This document shows, in pieces, positions 1-10,200 of a stretch of DNA of 64,000 nt; position 1 is the stretch's first letter, and the number at the start of each line of letters is the position of its first letter. The position numbers and the translations under genes are program-made. Source of the DNA: an uncultured Candidatus Saccharibacteria bacterium (GTDB lineage Bacteria; Patescibacteriota; Minisyncoccia; Phycocordibacterales; UBA3531); contig CAYIAA010000001.1 of NCBI GenBank assembly GCA_964361405.1, positions 84,917 to 148,916 on the forward strand, read 5' to 3'. The notes below the pieces were generated by a model that saw only the letters and a list, made by a program, of their open reading frames with translations, did no database searches and had not been told where the DNA came from.

Positions 1-2
1 CA

Positions 3-719
3 ATCCAAGAACTCGAAAAGAAAAAAATTGAGCAGCGTGAAGCAGAAAAAAAGCAAATCCTTAAAGTAACCAAAGGACAAGAGACGCTCTACCAACAGGT
101 TCTCAAGAATCAGGAAAAAACTGCAGCACAAATTCGAACCGAACTCTTCACACTCCGCGGTTCAGCCGCCATTCCATTCGGAACCGCACTTGATTACGCG
201 AATATAGTATCAAAACAAACAGGTGTTCGCGCCGCATTTATTCTCGGCGTCATTGCTGAAGAATCGAACTTGGGGGCGAATGTTGGAACTGGCAACTGGC
301 GCATAGATATGAAAAATCCGCGCGATACTGTTCCATTTCAGCAAATTACTGCCCGCCTCGGGCTCAATCCCGACAAGATGCCGGTCTCAAAAAAGCCCTG
401 GTACGGGTGGGGAGGCGCAATGGGTCCAGCTCAATTCATTCCCTCGACATGGGTTATCTACGAAGAAGAAATTGGTAAACTGACGGGACATAACCCCCCG
501 AACCCATGGGACCCCACTGATGCATTTATGGCGGCGGGGGTACTCCTCCGTGATGGAGGGGCGGCGCAAGGTACACCCGCGGCGGAGCGCAGAGCGGCAC
601 TGTGCTACTTTGCCGGATGCAGGAATGCGAGCAAGGCATCCTATGCGTTCTATGGCGATGAAGTGATGGAACTCGCGGCGAAGTATCAGCACCAGATAGA
701 CATCTTGCAGGGGAGGTAA
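3..719 (+). CDS. lytic transglycosylase-like (SLT-type, AEES motif) domain protein with N-terminal coiled-coil; 5' partial, continues upstream of window
   Basis: Frame 3 reads open from position 3 through the listed 270..719 ORF (IQELEKKKIEQREAEKK...ILGVIAEESNLGANVGTGNW...). The ES motif and Gly/Trp-rich segment are typical of the SLT catalytic region. Confidence 0.5.
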   Translation: MQELEKKKIEQREAEKKQILKVTKGQETLYQQVLKNQEKTAAQIRTELFTLRGSAAIPFGTALDYANIVSKQTGVRAAFILGVIAEESNLGANVGTGNWRIDMKNPRDTVPFQQITARLGLNPDKMPVSKKPWYGWGGAMGPAQFIPSTWVIYEEEIGKLTGHNPPNPWDPTDAFMAAGVLLRDGGAAQGTPAAERRAALCYFAGCRNASKASYAFYGDEVMELAAKYQHQIDILQGR

Positions 720-754
720 GAATCTGATAGATTCCGTTTATTCTATTAAGAAAT

Positions 755-1096
755 ATGAAAAAGGATATTCACCCAAAAGATTACCGGCAGGTTATATTCC
801 TCGATAATGCGAGCAAGGCGCGTTTTTTGATCTACTCCACCGTCGCGACCAAGGAAACGGGAAAATGGGAGGACGGCAAAGAGTACCCCCTCATACGCGT
901 TGAGGTTTCAAGCGCGTCGCACCCCGTGTATACCGGGCAAGATCTGGTGGTTGACACGGCAGGCAGGGTGCAAAAGTTTAAATCGCGGCAGTCAAAAGCG
1001 TCCCCTAAGCTTGCTATCGGAAAGAGCGTAAAAAAAGCGGCGAAGGCCGAGCGTCGCGCGAGCGCCGCATCGAAATCCGGAAAACAATCGAAATAA
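755..1096 (+). CDS. rpmE: 50S ribosomal protein L31 (type B, no Zn-binding Cys) with Lys/Ala-rich C-terminal tail
   Basis: [15 protein letters not shown]...HPVYTG is the L31 signature. Confidence 0.85.
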   Translation: MKKDIHPKDYRQVIFLDNASKARFLIYSTVATKETGKWEDGKEYPLIRVEVSSASHPVYTGQDLVVDTAGRVQKFKSRQSKASPKLAIGKSVKKAAKAERRASAASKSGKQSK

Positions 1097-1152
1097 GAAA
1101 AATCGATCCCCGGAGAAATTAGAGAGGTTTTCCTCTCGGCGAGTTATGGCGT

Positions 1153-2100
1153 ATGGACATCGCGGACTATAAAAAGAACCCAAAGACTGCATATCTTGCA
1201 GGTCGTTTCGAAGCGTTTACCAAAAAACTTATAGAGACGGAAGAGCTTGTGCATGAGGGGGGCGAACTTGGAAAAATCGCTCTGGAAGAGCTCTCTCGAT
1301 TGGAGAGCGAGCGAGCGGTGACTCTCAAAGAGATGGAAACCATCCTCGCCAAAGGTCTTAGCGTGAAAGATGAACCGCGCGATCTTATTCTCGAAATGCG
1401 TGCGGGTGCTGGTGGTGCCGAAGCGAGTCTATTTGCGGCGACACTTGCGGATATGTATCGGAGGTATGCGGAGTCTCAGAAATGGAGCTTCACCGTCCTC
1501 GATGAATCAAAAAGCGAGCTGGGTGGGTATAAAGAGGCGACTTTTGAAATTTCCGGTCGCGGGGCATATGCCGCACTTCGAAACGAAGCTGGAGTTCATC
1601 GCATTCAGCGTGTTCCCGCGACGGAGAAAATGGGGAGAATTCATACCTCTACGGCGACAGTTGCCGTGCTTCCGGTTCGGGAAGCACTCGACATGAAAAT
1701 TCCGGAGAGCGAGATAGAAATGGAATTTTCGCGTTCAGGGGGAGCGGGTGGACAAAACGTAAATAAAGTTGAGACTGCGGTGCGCATAATCCATAAACCA
1801 AGCGGCATAGCCGTGCGTTGCACAAGTGAGCGCAGTCAGTTGAAAAATAGGCAAAAGGCGCTTGAAATACTTAAAGCGAAACTGCGTGTACTTCGCGAGG
1901 AGGCTGAGCATGGCGCGGAGTCTCGGGAGCGGCGCGAGCAGGTGGGGCGCGGTGATCGATCGGAGAAGATACGAACCTATAATGAGATCCAAGACCGGGT
2001 AACCGACCACCGCTTGAAGAAATCTTGGCACAACATTGAATCTATATTCCAAGGCAATATCGGCCCAATTCTCGAAGAATTTCGCACAGAGAAGGCGTAA
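1153..2100 (+). CDS. prfA: peptide chain release factor 1
   Basis: GGQ motif (SGGAGGQNVNKVETAV) and PATEKMGRIHTS RF1-type tripeptide region. Confidence 0.9.
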   Translation: MDIADYKKNPKTAYLAGRFEAFTKKLIETEELVHEGGELGKIALEELSRLESERAVTLKEMETILAKGLSVKDEPRDLILEMRAGAGGAEASLFAATLADMYRRYAESQKWSFTVLDESKSELGGYKEATFEISGRGAYAALRNEAGVHRIQRVPATEKMGRIHTSTATVAVLPVREALDMKIPESEIEMEFSRSGGAGGQNVNKVETAVRIIHKPSGIAVRCTSERSQLKNRQKALEILKAKLRVLREEAEHGAESRERREQVGRGDRSEKIRTYNEIQDRVTDHRLKKSWHNIESIFQGNIGPILEEFRTEKA

Positions 2101-2157
2101 CGCTTCCTGGGTTCTCGGGTTTGCGATATAACCCTTCGATGTGTTAGAATCCGCGCC

Positions 2158-2907
2158 ATGGAAGAGATAAAAATAGGGGAGTCCGGCGGAGCTGGAATAC
2201 TTGAGGCGATGTTTACCGCAGGCGCCCACTATGGCCACACCCGTTCACGCAGACATCCGTCGGTCGCGGCTTTTATCTTTGGAAAGAAAAACGCGAGCGA
2301 GATCATTAATCTTGAAGGGACTAGGGTCTCGCTTGAGCGTGCAGAAGAGTTCCTCGAAGAACTTGGGAAGGCAAGGAAGCAGCTACTTATGGTTGGAAAT
2401 AAACCGGAGGCACGCATGGTACTTCGAAAAGAAGCGGAGCGACTGGGTGTGCCGTACGTCTCGGCACGTTGGATAGGCGGGACGATTACAAACTTCGAGG
2501 AAATCAAGAAGCGCCTCGCCAAGCTTGAGGACCTTCGCGCAAAGCGTTCGAGCGGAGATCTCGACGTATATACCAAGCGTGAGCGTGGGGTGATCGACAA
2601 AGAAATCGGTGATCTTGAGCGGAAATTCTCCGGTCTTCTTACTTTGAAAGGTCTGCCGGGAGCCCTCATCGTCGTTGATTCTCGAGCAGAGGAGATTGCT
2701 GTGCTTGAGGCGCGAGCGCGGAAAATTCCTGTCGTTTCAATTTCAAGTTCCAATTGTGATATTTCAAAAATTGATTACCCTATAGTCGCGAATGACTCAT
2801 CGAGCTCGAGCATTACTTTTTTTATCGGACGTCTCGCGGATGCATATAAGAGGGGAAAGGGTAAGGTGGAGAGCACTAGAGACTCCGAGGATTCTCTCGA
2901 AGCATGA
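2158..2907 (+). CDS. rpsB: 30S ribosomal protein S2
   Basis: AGAHYGHTRSRRHP matches the S2 N-terminal signature. Confidence 0.85.
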   Translation: MEEIKIGESGGAGILEAMFTAGAHYGHTRSRRHPSVAAFIFGKKNASEIINLEGTRVSLERAEEFLEELGKARKQLLMVGNKPEARMVLRKEAERLGVPYVSARWIGGTITNFEEIKKRLAKLEDLRAKRSSGDLDVYTKRERGVIDKEIGDLERKFSGLLTLKGLPGALIVVDSRAEEIAVLEARARKIPVVSISSSNCDISKIDYPIVANDSSSSSITFFIGRLADAYKRGKGKVESTRDSEDSLEA

Positions 2908-3359
2908 TTACTAGAGAAGAGGTCAAGGAACTCCGGGACAGAACCGGAATTTCGATTATGCAATGCCGAGAAGCTCTCGAGATGGCGAAGGGAAATATGT
3001 CCAAAGCGCTTGAGTACTTGAAAGAAAAGGGAGCCGCAATCAAGGAAAAGAAAGGAACACGGATGCTCGGAGCCGGAGCCGTCGAAGCCTACGTCCACAC
3101 CAATCGTCGTATCGGTGCTATGGTGATTCTCTACTCCGAGACTGACTTCGTCGCAGCGAACCCGGAGTTCGTGAAGCTCGCCCGCGATATTGCCATGCAA
3201 GTTGCCGCTACCGGGACTACGGACACAGAGTCTCTCCTCAAAGAGCCGTTTATCAAGGATCCTCGGGGGAGTGTAGGGACGCTTGTTCAAGATGCGATCC
3301 AGAAATTTGGCGAGCGAATCGAGATTGGGAAAGTGGTATACTTTTCAAGTAAGGAATAA
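2904..3359 (+). CDS. tsf: elongation factor Ts (short form)
   Basis: ITREEVKELRDRTGISIMQCREALE is the EF-Ts UBA-like N-terminus. Start overlaps the rpsB stop by 4 nt (ATGA). The short ~150 aa form is typical of CPR. Confidence 0.8.
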   Translation: MITREEVKELRDRTGISIMQCREALEMAKGNMSKALEYLKEKGAAIKEKKGTRMLGAGAVEAYVHTNRRIGAMVILYSETDFVAANPEFVKLARDIAMQVAATGTTDTESLLKEPFIKDPRGSVGTLVQDAIQKFGERIEIGKVVYFSSKE

Positions 3360-3371
3360 TAAGGAAAGAAA

Positions 3372-3758
3372 ATGAGTTATCTTTTCTATGTATTACTTTT
3401 CTTTGTGTCGCTTCTCGGGATGCTTGTCATCCTTATTCGAAGTGCGGGGCGGGAGAGATTTAAAGCGGAGCATGTCTATACAGATACAGAGAGAGAAATC
3501 ACCGCTACTGGTGTTCTAGTAGGGGCGGTCGTATCCGGTCTGACATACGCGGCGCAAGTAAGTGTTCGGTTCGCGGCTCCTCACCTGGGCCGAACCACAG
3601 GTATGGCGCTTCAATATCTTTCTCGTGTCCGGGCGTATGCGGGAGAGAGAATTGACCGCGCTATCGCTTTTGTGAGGGGGCGTACGCAGGTGAAGCAAGA
3701 AGGAGCAGTATCGCTTTTTCTTAAACACCTCGCTGAACACAAAGAAAAAAACGGGTGA
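3372..3758 (+). CDS. hypothetical membrane protein
   Basis: N-terminal hydrophobic helix (LFYVLLFFVSLLGMLVILI); no recognisable domain. Confidence 0.4.
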   Translation: MSYLFYVLLFFVSLLGMLVILIRSAGRERFKAEHVYTDTEREITATGVLVGAVVSGLTYAAQVSVRFAAPHLGRTTGMALQYLSRVRAYAGERIDRAIAFVRGRTQVKQEGAVSLFLKHLAEHKEKNG

Positions 3759-3778
3759 ATCTATAACGATTAATCTCT

Positions 3779-3804
3779 GCCGCCCTAGCTCAGTGGTATG
3801 ACAG
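3779..3804 (+). pseudogene. degenerate tRNA 5' fragment (acceptor plus D-arm-like GCCGCCCTAGCTCAGTGGTA, no matching 3' half)
   Basis: First about 20 nt are tRNA-like and resemble the 5' end of the downstream tRNA-Thr. The D-stem does not close and no complementary acceptor 3' strand (GGGCGGC) is present before tRNA-Thr. Confidence 0.3.
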
Positions 3805-3840
3805 TGATGTTCTATTTATCCACACCACTTGTAGGCCAAC

Positions 3841-4287
3841 ATGTGGTATACTTCACAAATGGATATCTGTGTGGAGTGCAAAAAGCCAAGGAAAAGATAT
3901 ACCAACAAGTACTGTTCTAATCGATGTCAGGTAGATCACCAATATAAACAGTACATTTCTGCTTGGCAGAAAGGACAGAAAGATGGGAACAGAGGGATTA
4001 ATGCAAAAAATATATCGAGATATTTGCTTAGATTTCTGTTAGAGAAGTGTGGAGAAAAATGCTCCCATTGTGGTTGGAATCAAAAAAATCCACACACCAA
4101 TAGAGCACCCATAGAAATTGATCACATTGACGGAGACGCTAATAATAACCTAGAGAACAACCTAAGATTATTGTGTCCCAATTGTCACGCGCTCACACCA
4201 AGTTTTAGAAATCTGAATAAAGGTAAAGGAAGGAGCTGGAGAAACAGTTACTTGAAAAAGAGACAGGTGTTGCAGATTCCTTCTTAG
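3841..4287 (+). CDS. HNH endonuclease with N-terminal zinc-ribbon
   Basis: CVECKK...YCSNRCQ zinc ribbon; CSHCGW...IEIDHIDGDANNNLENNLRLLCPNCH is a canonical HNH motif. Low-GC codon usage. Confidence 0.8.
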   Translation: MWYTSQMDICVECKKPRKRYTNKYCSNRCQVDHQYKQYISAWQKGQKDGNRGINAKNISRYLLRFLLEKCGEKCSHCGWNQKNPHTNRAPIEIDHIDGDANNNLENNLRLLCPNCHALTPSFRNLNKGKGRSWRNSYLKKRQVLQIPS

Positions 4288-4317
4288 GCTGTATTCTTGG
4301 TGAAGATGTGTGGAGTC

Positions 4318-4392
4318 GCCGGAGTAGCTCAACGGTAGAGCAATGCTTTTGTAAAGCATAGGTTGGAGGTTCAAGTCCTCTCTCCGGCTCCA
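4318..4392 (+). tRNA. tRNA-Thr (anticodon UGU), CCA encoded
   Basis: Acceptor GCCGGAG/CTCCGGC, D-arm GCTC-AACGGTA-GAGC, anticodon stem ATGCT/AGCAT with loop TTTGTAA, T-arm GGAGG-TTCAAGT-CCTCT, discriminator T then CCA. Confidence 0.9.
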
Positions 4393-4421
4393 GAATTAGA
4401 CTTTCCGATTTTTGAACGACG

Positions 4422-4460
4422 AATTAATAGGTGACACAAAGTGTCACCTATTAATTTTAT
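4422..4460 (+). terminator. rho-independent terminator (16-bp perfect hairpin plus T-tract) after tRNA-Thr
   Basis: aattaataggtgacac-aaa-gtgtcacctattaatt followed by ttat. Perfect palindrome. Confidence 0.7.
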
Positions 4461-4499
4461 GGTGGAAAATCAAAGCCACTCGTTTTGGATTTGTTGGTA

Positions 4500-4528
4500 T
4501 TGACTCTGATAATAAAATATGATTTAAT
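4500..4528 (+). promoter_or_regulatory. candidate sigma70-type promoter for island operon (TTGACT-17-TTTAAT)
   Basis: -35 TTGACT at 4500-4505 and -10 TTTAAT at 4523-4528. The region is AT-rich, so chance matches are possible. Confidence 0.3.
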
Positions 4529-4556
4529 ATGTGTAACCCTAGCAGGGGTTTTTATT

Positions 4557-5864
4557 ATGTCAAAGCAATCCGAATTTATGGAAAATCAAGGCAATAAAAC
4601 AATTGCGGTTGTCGGCCTTGGATATGTAGGGATTCCTTTAGCTTTATTGGCTGAAAGAAAGAGCTATAAGGTTATTGGTATAGATATAAACTTAGAAAAA
4701 GTGGAGTTTTTGAACAGACGTATTGCTCCTTTTTCAGACGAAGAAATAACGAAACAGCTGGAAAATTCGTCTTTGGAGGCAACGACTGATTTCAACAAAA
4801 TAAAAGACGCTTCGGTTATCATTATCTGCGTTCCGACACCGGTTTACGAAAATCATATGCCGAATTTAGAGCCGGTTGAAAATGCATGCAAAAATATTGC
4901 TAAATTTTTGCAGAAAGGACAACTTGTGATTTTAGAATCCACAGTAAATCCTGGAGTTTCCGAAAATGTTGTAATACCTATACTTGAAAAAGGATCCGGT
5001 TTAAAGGCTGGCGAAGACTTTTATGTTGCGCATTGCCCTGAACGGGTAAACCCCGGAGATAAAAACTGGACTGTAGAAAATATTCCTAGAGTTGTTGGGG
5101 GGCTTGAAGAAAAGAGCTTAGAAATGGCTTATAGGTTTTATAGCTCAGTAATTTCTGGGCAGATCAAAAAAATGGGCTCTCTTAAAGAAGCCGAAGCGGT
5201 AAAGGTTGTTGAAAACACCTTCCGTGACATTAATATCGCTTTCGTGAATGAACTGGCGATGTCATTTTCAAAACTCGGCATTGATGTCGTTAATGTAATC
5301 AATGGGGCGGCTACAAAGCCATTCGCCTTTATGGCCCATTACCCCGGAGTTGGCGTTGGTGGCCATTGTATCCCTATCGACCCATATTATTTAATTGATT
5401 ACGCAAAACAAAACGGTTTTGAGCACGATTTTTTGAAACTAGCCAGAAAAATTAACAGCAATATGCCCAAGTTTACCGCAGAAAGAGTAGCCAATGCTTT
5501 GAATGAAATGAAGATGGCAATCAATGGAGCTAAAGTTGCGGTGCTCGGCTTGGCTTACAAACCAAATATAGATGATTGCCGTGAAAGCCCAGCGTTTGAT
5601 TTGATAAAAGCATTAGAAAAATACGGCGCAAATGTGGTTTCTTATGACCTGTTTGTGTTGAACAAATCAACTGCCAAATCTCTAGATGAAGCAGTCAAAG
5701 ATTCGGTGGCGGTAGTGATAGCAACTTGCCACGACCAATTCAAGAATTTAGAGCCAGAGTATCTTTTGAAAAACGGTGTTAAAGTCGTCGTGGACGGCCG
5801 TAACTGCCTCCCCAAAGAAAAATTTATTGAGGTCGGGATTGTTTATAAAGGTATAGGACGATAA
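4557..5864 (+). CDS. nucleotide-sugar dehydrogenase (UDP-glucose/GDP-mannose dehydrogenase family; UDP-glucose 6-dehydrogenase-like)
   Basis: Rossmann motif IAVVGLGYVGIPLA and catalytic Cys context GGHCIPIDPYYL. Start chosen at the ATG preceded by AGGGG; the ORF track begins at 4485. Confidence 0.85.
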   Translation: MSKQSEFMENQGNKTIAVVGLGYVGIPLALLAERKSYKVIGIDINLEKVEFLNRRIAPFSDEEITKQLENSSLEATTDFNKIKDASVIIICVPTPVYENHMPNLEPVENACKNIAKFLQKGQLVILESTVNPGVSENVVIPILEKGSGLKAGEDFYVAHCPERVNPGDKNWTVENIPRVVGGLEEKSLEMAYRFYSSVISGQIKKMGSLKEAEAVKVVENTFRDINIAFVNELAMSFSKLGIDVVNVINGAATKPFAFMAHYPGVGVGGHCIPIDPYYLIDYAKQNGFEHDFLKLARKINSNMPKFTAERVANALNEMKMAINGAKVAVLGLAYKPNIDDCRESPAFDLIKALEKYGANVVSYDLFVLNKSTAKSLDEAVKDSVAVVIATCHDQFKNLEPEYLLKNGVKVVVDGRNCLPKEKFIEVGIVYKGIGR

Positions 5865-5868
5865 TCTC

Positions 5869-7233
5869 TTGAATCTTCGAATAGAAAAACAGGTTCTACA
5901 TCGATTTGTAGAATTTTTTGTAGCATTCGCGCTACTCACTGTTTTATTTGGTAAGATTTTTATTAGCTTAAAAGGAGATGAACTTAATCTTTTAATATTT
6001 TATGGAATCTCCGTAACTCTCGCACTCTGGCTAGTATTTTTCTTTGCATTTGTTATTTATGAAGATCCATACAGTGCTTCTAAAATTAAGCTGAAAGGTA
6101 AAAGGCCAAAGAATTATTTAGTAAGTTGTATGGTTGCAGTTCGCAATGAAGAAAAAAATATATCTCGCTGTATGGATTCAATGCTCGTACAATCCTATGA
6201 GAATAAGGAAATTATTGTAGTCAACGATGCAAGCACAGATAATACTCTAAGGATTCTTAGAGAGTACGAAAAAGATGGGCGCATAATTTTAATCAACCTT
6301 AAAGATAATCTCGGCAAAAAAAAAGCACTGGGACAGGCAATGGTGGTAGCCAAAGGAGATATATTTGCCTTTACTGATAGTGATTCTGTATGGGCTTCGG
6401 ATGCTATAAAAAGGATTGTAACGATATTTCAGGCCAATGAAGATATTGGGGCTATAAGTGGCCACAGTAGAGCTTTAAATGGCGACTACAATTTAATGAC
6501 CAAAACTCAGGATTCCTGGTATGAAGGGCAATATTCTGTACGCAAGGCATTTGAGAGTATCTGGGGCGTGGTGACTTGTGTTTCTGGTCCGCTTGCCGTT
6601 TTTCGCAGGGAGGCTATCTATAATTACATACCTGCTTGGGAAAACGACACATTCTTGGGCCAAGAATTTAAATTTGCTACAGATAGAACTTTAACTGGCT
6701 TTGTTTTGGGCAGTAAAACCATTGGCAAAAAACTAAAAGAGAAGTATAAAAACTCTCCTTTTGTAAAGAATATTGATTATCCAGAGAAAGACTGGAAAAT
6801 CGTCTATTGTAAATCTGCTCGCTCGTGGACTATTGTGCCTGATAATTTCCAGAAAGTTATTACACAGCAAGTCAGGTGGAAAAAGAGTTTTATTAGAAAC
6901 ATATTTTTTACAGGATTATTCTACTGGAAGAAACCCCTACTCCCAGCTTTGATGTATTATCTTCATATTCTATTTGTTATAGCTGGGCCATTTATAGTTT
7001 TTAGACACCTATTTTATCTCCCCATAAAGGGTAATTTTTGGACAGCTTTGCTTTATCTCATGGGCATAGTATTTATTGGTTTTATGTTTGGGTTGGCCTA
7101 CAAGCTGGAAAATAAAAATTGCCACAAGTGGATTTATAGACCCTTGATGAGTTTACTGTCAACCCTTGTTTTATGTTGGTTAATATTTTATTCGGCAATA
7201 ACAATTAAGAAAATGACATGGGTAAGGGGGTAA
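5869..7233 (+). CDS. processive family-2 glycosyltransferase, hyaluronan synthase / NodC chitin-oligosaccharide synthase-like
   Basis: Two N-terminal TM helices. Motifs GKKKAL, TDSDS (DXD), GH..AL, VSGPLAVFRRE, TDRTL and QQVRWKKSF (QxxRW) are collinear with streptococcal HasA and NodC. TTG start 5 nt after the upstream stop; a downstream start is possible. Confidence 0.85.
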   Translation: MNLRIEKQVLHRFVEFFVAFALLTVLFGKIFISLKGDELNLLIFYGISVTLALWLVFFFAFVIYEDPYSASKIKLKGKRPKNYLVSCMVAVRNEEKNISRCMDSMLVQSYENKEIIVVNDASTDNTLRILREYEKDGRIILINLKDNLGKKKALGQAMVVAKGDIFAFTDSDSVWASDAIKRIVTIFQANEDIGAISGHSRALNGDYNLMTKTQDSWYEGQYSVRKAFESIWGVVTCVSGPLAVFRREAIYNYIPAWENDTFLGQEFKFATDRTLTGFVLGSKTIGKKLKEKYKNSPFVKNIDYPEKDWKIVYCKSARSWTIVPDNFQKVITQQVRWKKSFIRNIFFTGLFYWKKPLLPALMYYLHILFVIAGPFIVFRHLFYLPIKGNFWTALLYLMGIVFIGFMFGLAYKLENKNCHKWIYRPLMSLLSTLVLCWLIFYSAITIKKMTWVRG

Positions 7234-10200
7234 ATAAAAAATTTAGGTTAATCGAGTATGTTTTTTTAATACTCATTGTCTTTACGTTTTTAACGGTTGC
7301 TGGTAAATATTCTTACAAAGATTTATACGAAAGCTATAAATCTTATAATGAGAGTCGTCGTCAGCAAACTATTGAAATAGAGCGCCAAGCTTATACATGT
7401 CCTCCAGGAACTACAACAATAATCGTAGTTGGGGGTAAGATATGTCGCACTGAAGTTTCTGATTCAACTTATAAAACAATATTTGATACATATCCATTCA
7501 AAAGTAATGGTAAGGAGCAAATTTATGAGTTTTTTTCCGAAGGAGACATTGAAAGTGCTAATCAAATATTAGCAAATAATATTCCCCTTGAGCGATACGG
7601 ATATACAAAAGTATCTGATCCAATGTCTTGGACTGAAGACCCACTTGGAGATAGATATTGGAGATTTTTGTTTTATGGTTTCCGTCCAGTGCAACATTTA
7701 TTTTTTGCTTTTGACCAAACGAATGAAAAAAAATATTTGAAAAAAGCTGAAGAAATAACTTTAAGCTTTATTGACCACGGAACGGACAAGCCTCATGCAT
7801 GGGATGATTTCCACGCGGTCTCATTTCGGACAATGTATCTCATTAAAACATGGTGGATGCTAAGAGAAAACAACCTACTTACTTATGAAGTTAATGAAAA
7901 AATACTCAAAACCCTAGAAGCACACGGAGATTTTCTAGCAGACCCTAATCATTATGATAAGGGATACAATCATGGACTAAATGAAGCGGCGGCATTGTAT
8001 TTGGTAGCTGTAAATTTTCCCGACTTCTCTCAAGCTCCAAAATGGTTGGAGTTATCGAAAAATCGATTAAACGATAGTCTGATAACCGTAGTTGATACGG
8101 ATGGTGTATTAATCGAGAATTCGCCATATTACCATTTCTATACTCTAGAAAAATACTGGGAACTTTACAATTTTGCTCAAAAACAAAACTTTCCGATAAG
8201 TGATATTTTCAACGAACGGCTTCAAGAGATGATTTCCTATGCCACTTATATACTACAGCCAAATAAAGAAATTCCACTTTTAGGAGCTTCTCTCAAACGC
8301 AAAATATCATATTCAGGAATATATAAAGACATTTCTCAATCTTTCCCAGAATTGAAGTACGTTCTTACTAATGGCAAAGAGGGCAACAAACCAACTAAGT
8401 TAAATATTACATATCCTGAATCAGGTGAAGTAATAATGCGTTCTGGATGGGGAGTGGGGGAAGAATTTGAAAATCAAACACAAGCAATTTTTGACTTTGG
8501 ACCGTATCGAACTTTGCATAGTGATTTTGATGCCCTATCGTTTAGTCTATATGCTAATGGCATAAACCTTATGCCGGATGCTGGCCTATACGCCTATGAA
8601 GAAAGCGATTATAAGAATTATTTCCATGGTACCGCTTCTCACAATACAGTAGTGGTTGATGATTTAGATCAGACGAAAGGGACGGCTGTACGAGGCGATT
8701 TTTTAGAAACCAAGGATTATGTTTCTCAATCAGCCGAACACGAATTGTACAAAGGTGTCAGTCATATGCGTAGCGGCACCCTTATCGGTAAAAGGTATTT
8801 ATTAATATTAGACAAATTGACATCTAATGAAGAACATACTTATAAGCAACTTTTTCATTTATTCCCCGGAGCAAGAATTACTACGTCTGGAACTTCAGTT
8901 AAGGTATTTGCTTCTTCTAAAGATGGCGAAGAAGAAGTAATGAATATATTTCAAATGGCGCCGGACAATATCTCACTCGATACCATAATCGGACAAACTT
9001 CTCCGCCTCGTGGGTGGTGCGCAGAAGAGTACGCCAAAGCAATTCCATGTTATTCTTTGGAATACATACAAAAATTTCAAAATGTAACATACGCAACACT
9101 TATTGAAATTGGGAAGCACGATACACGCTTACTGTATTCTTACGATGGGAAATCTATAATTATTAATGACTCGTCGCAGGTAATTAATATTGATGTTACT
9201 GACATCGAGGGATCCTACGGAAGGGTTGCTATATCAAATAATTCTCCTGTTGAGATTGAAAAATCTTCGCTAAATATTCTAAAACCGGAGAACTGGGAAG
9301 TTACAGAAAAAACAAAAAAATATGGTCAATTAATATTTGAGTCTGACTCAATAAGTTTTAGTACTAATACTAGTGGCAATCCTTTTTATGCCAATATTCC
9401 AGTACAGATTGATCTAAGTAATAAAAATCTTTTAATAAAGATGAGAGTTGTAAATCGTTATGATGTAAATAAGTTGGATATTCTGCTATCTACAAATAAC
9501 TGGGAAGGATATATCAGAAGTAACCTCAAAGATTCTTACCGCAAGGAATATGATGGTGAATGGTTAACGATTAGTCTCGGTAAGGGGCTACAGCGAGAAA
9601 CTGGTGGGCAATGGAGACAATATGGCACTGGGTTTGATTGGTCCAATATTAATGCGATAAGAATCGTATTGGGGACAGAAATACAGAAGACCGCCACATT
9701 GCAGTTGGCAGATATTGCCTTAATCCCATCGCAAAAAGAAGGTGAAGTCATTATTGTTTTTGATGATGGTTTTGAATCAATTCTCCCCGCAGTGACCTTA
9801 ATGAACGACTATGGATTTAAGGGAAATATTGCCGTCATAGCTGATAAAGTTACTGGCAACGAAAGAGGCTATCTTTCATTAAAACAGTTAAAACAAATCA
9901 AAGAAGAGCTTGGATGGGATTTAATAAATCATTCAGGACATCACGTAAGTGCACTCGAAGCTTATGTTAAATATAATGATATAGATGGCTTTACAGAAGA
10001 TTTGCTAGCCGGAGCAAAATTTCTTATAGATAACGACTTAAACACTACTCCTAATTGGTATATTTATCCTCATGGTGCGACTAATAAGGCGATTAAGGAT
10101 ATTGTCGGGAAATATTATGCTTTTGCCAGAACAACTATAAATCAGCCGGAAGCATACCCATTTGGTGATCCTCTTGGAGTAAAAACAATTTCTGCTGATG

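Noticed and set aside
387-692. Minus-strand 101-aa ORF inside the transglycosylase-like gene
   Set aside because: Antisense to a longer ORF with recognisable motifs; no start context or homology. Treated as spurious.
3779-3860. Possibility that the first tRNA-like sequence is a complete tRNA
   Set aside because: D-stem does not pair (GCTC vs GACA) and no complementary acceptor 3' strand exists before the downstream tRNA-Thr. Called only as a degenerate fragment.
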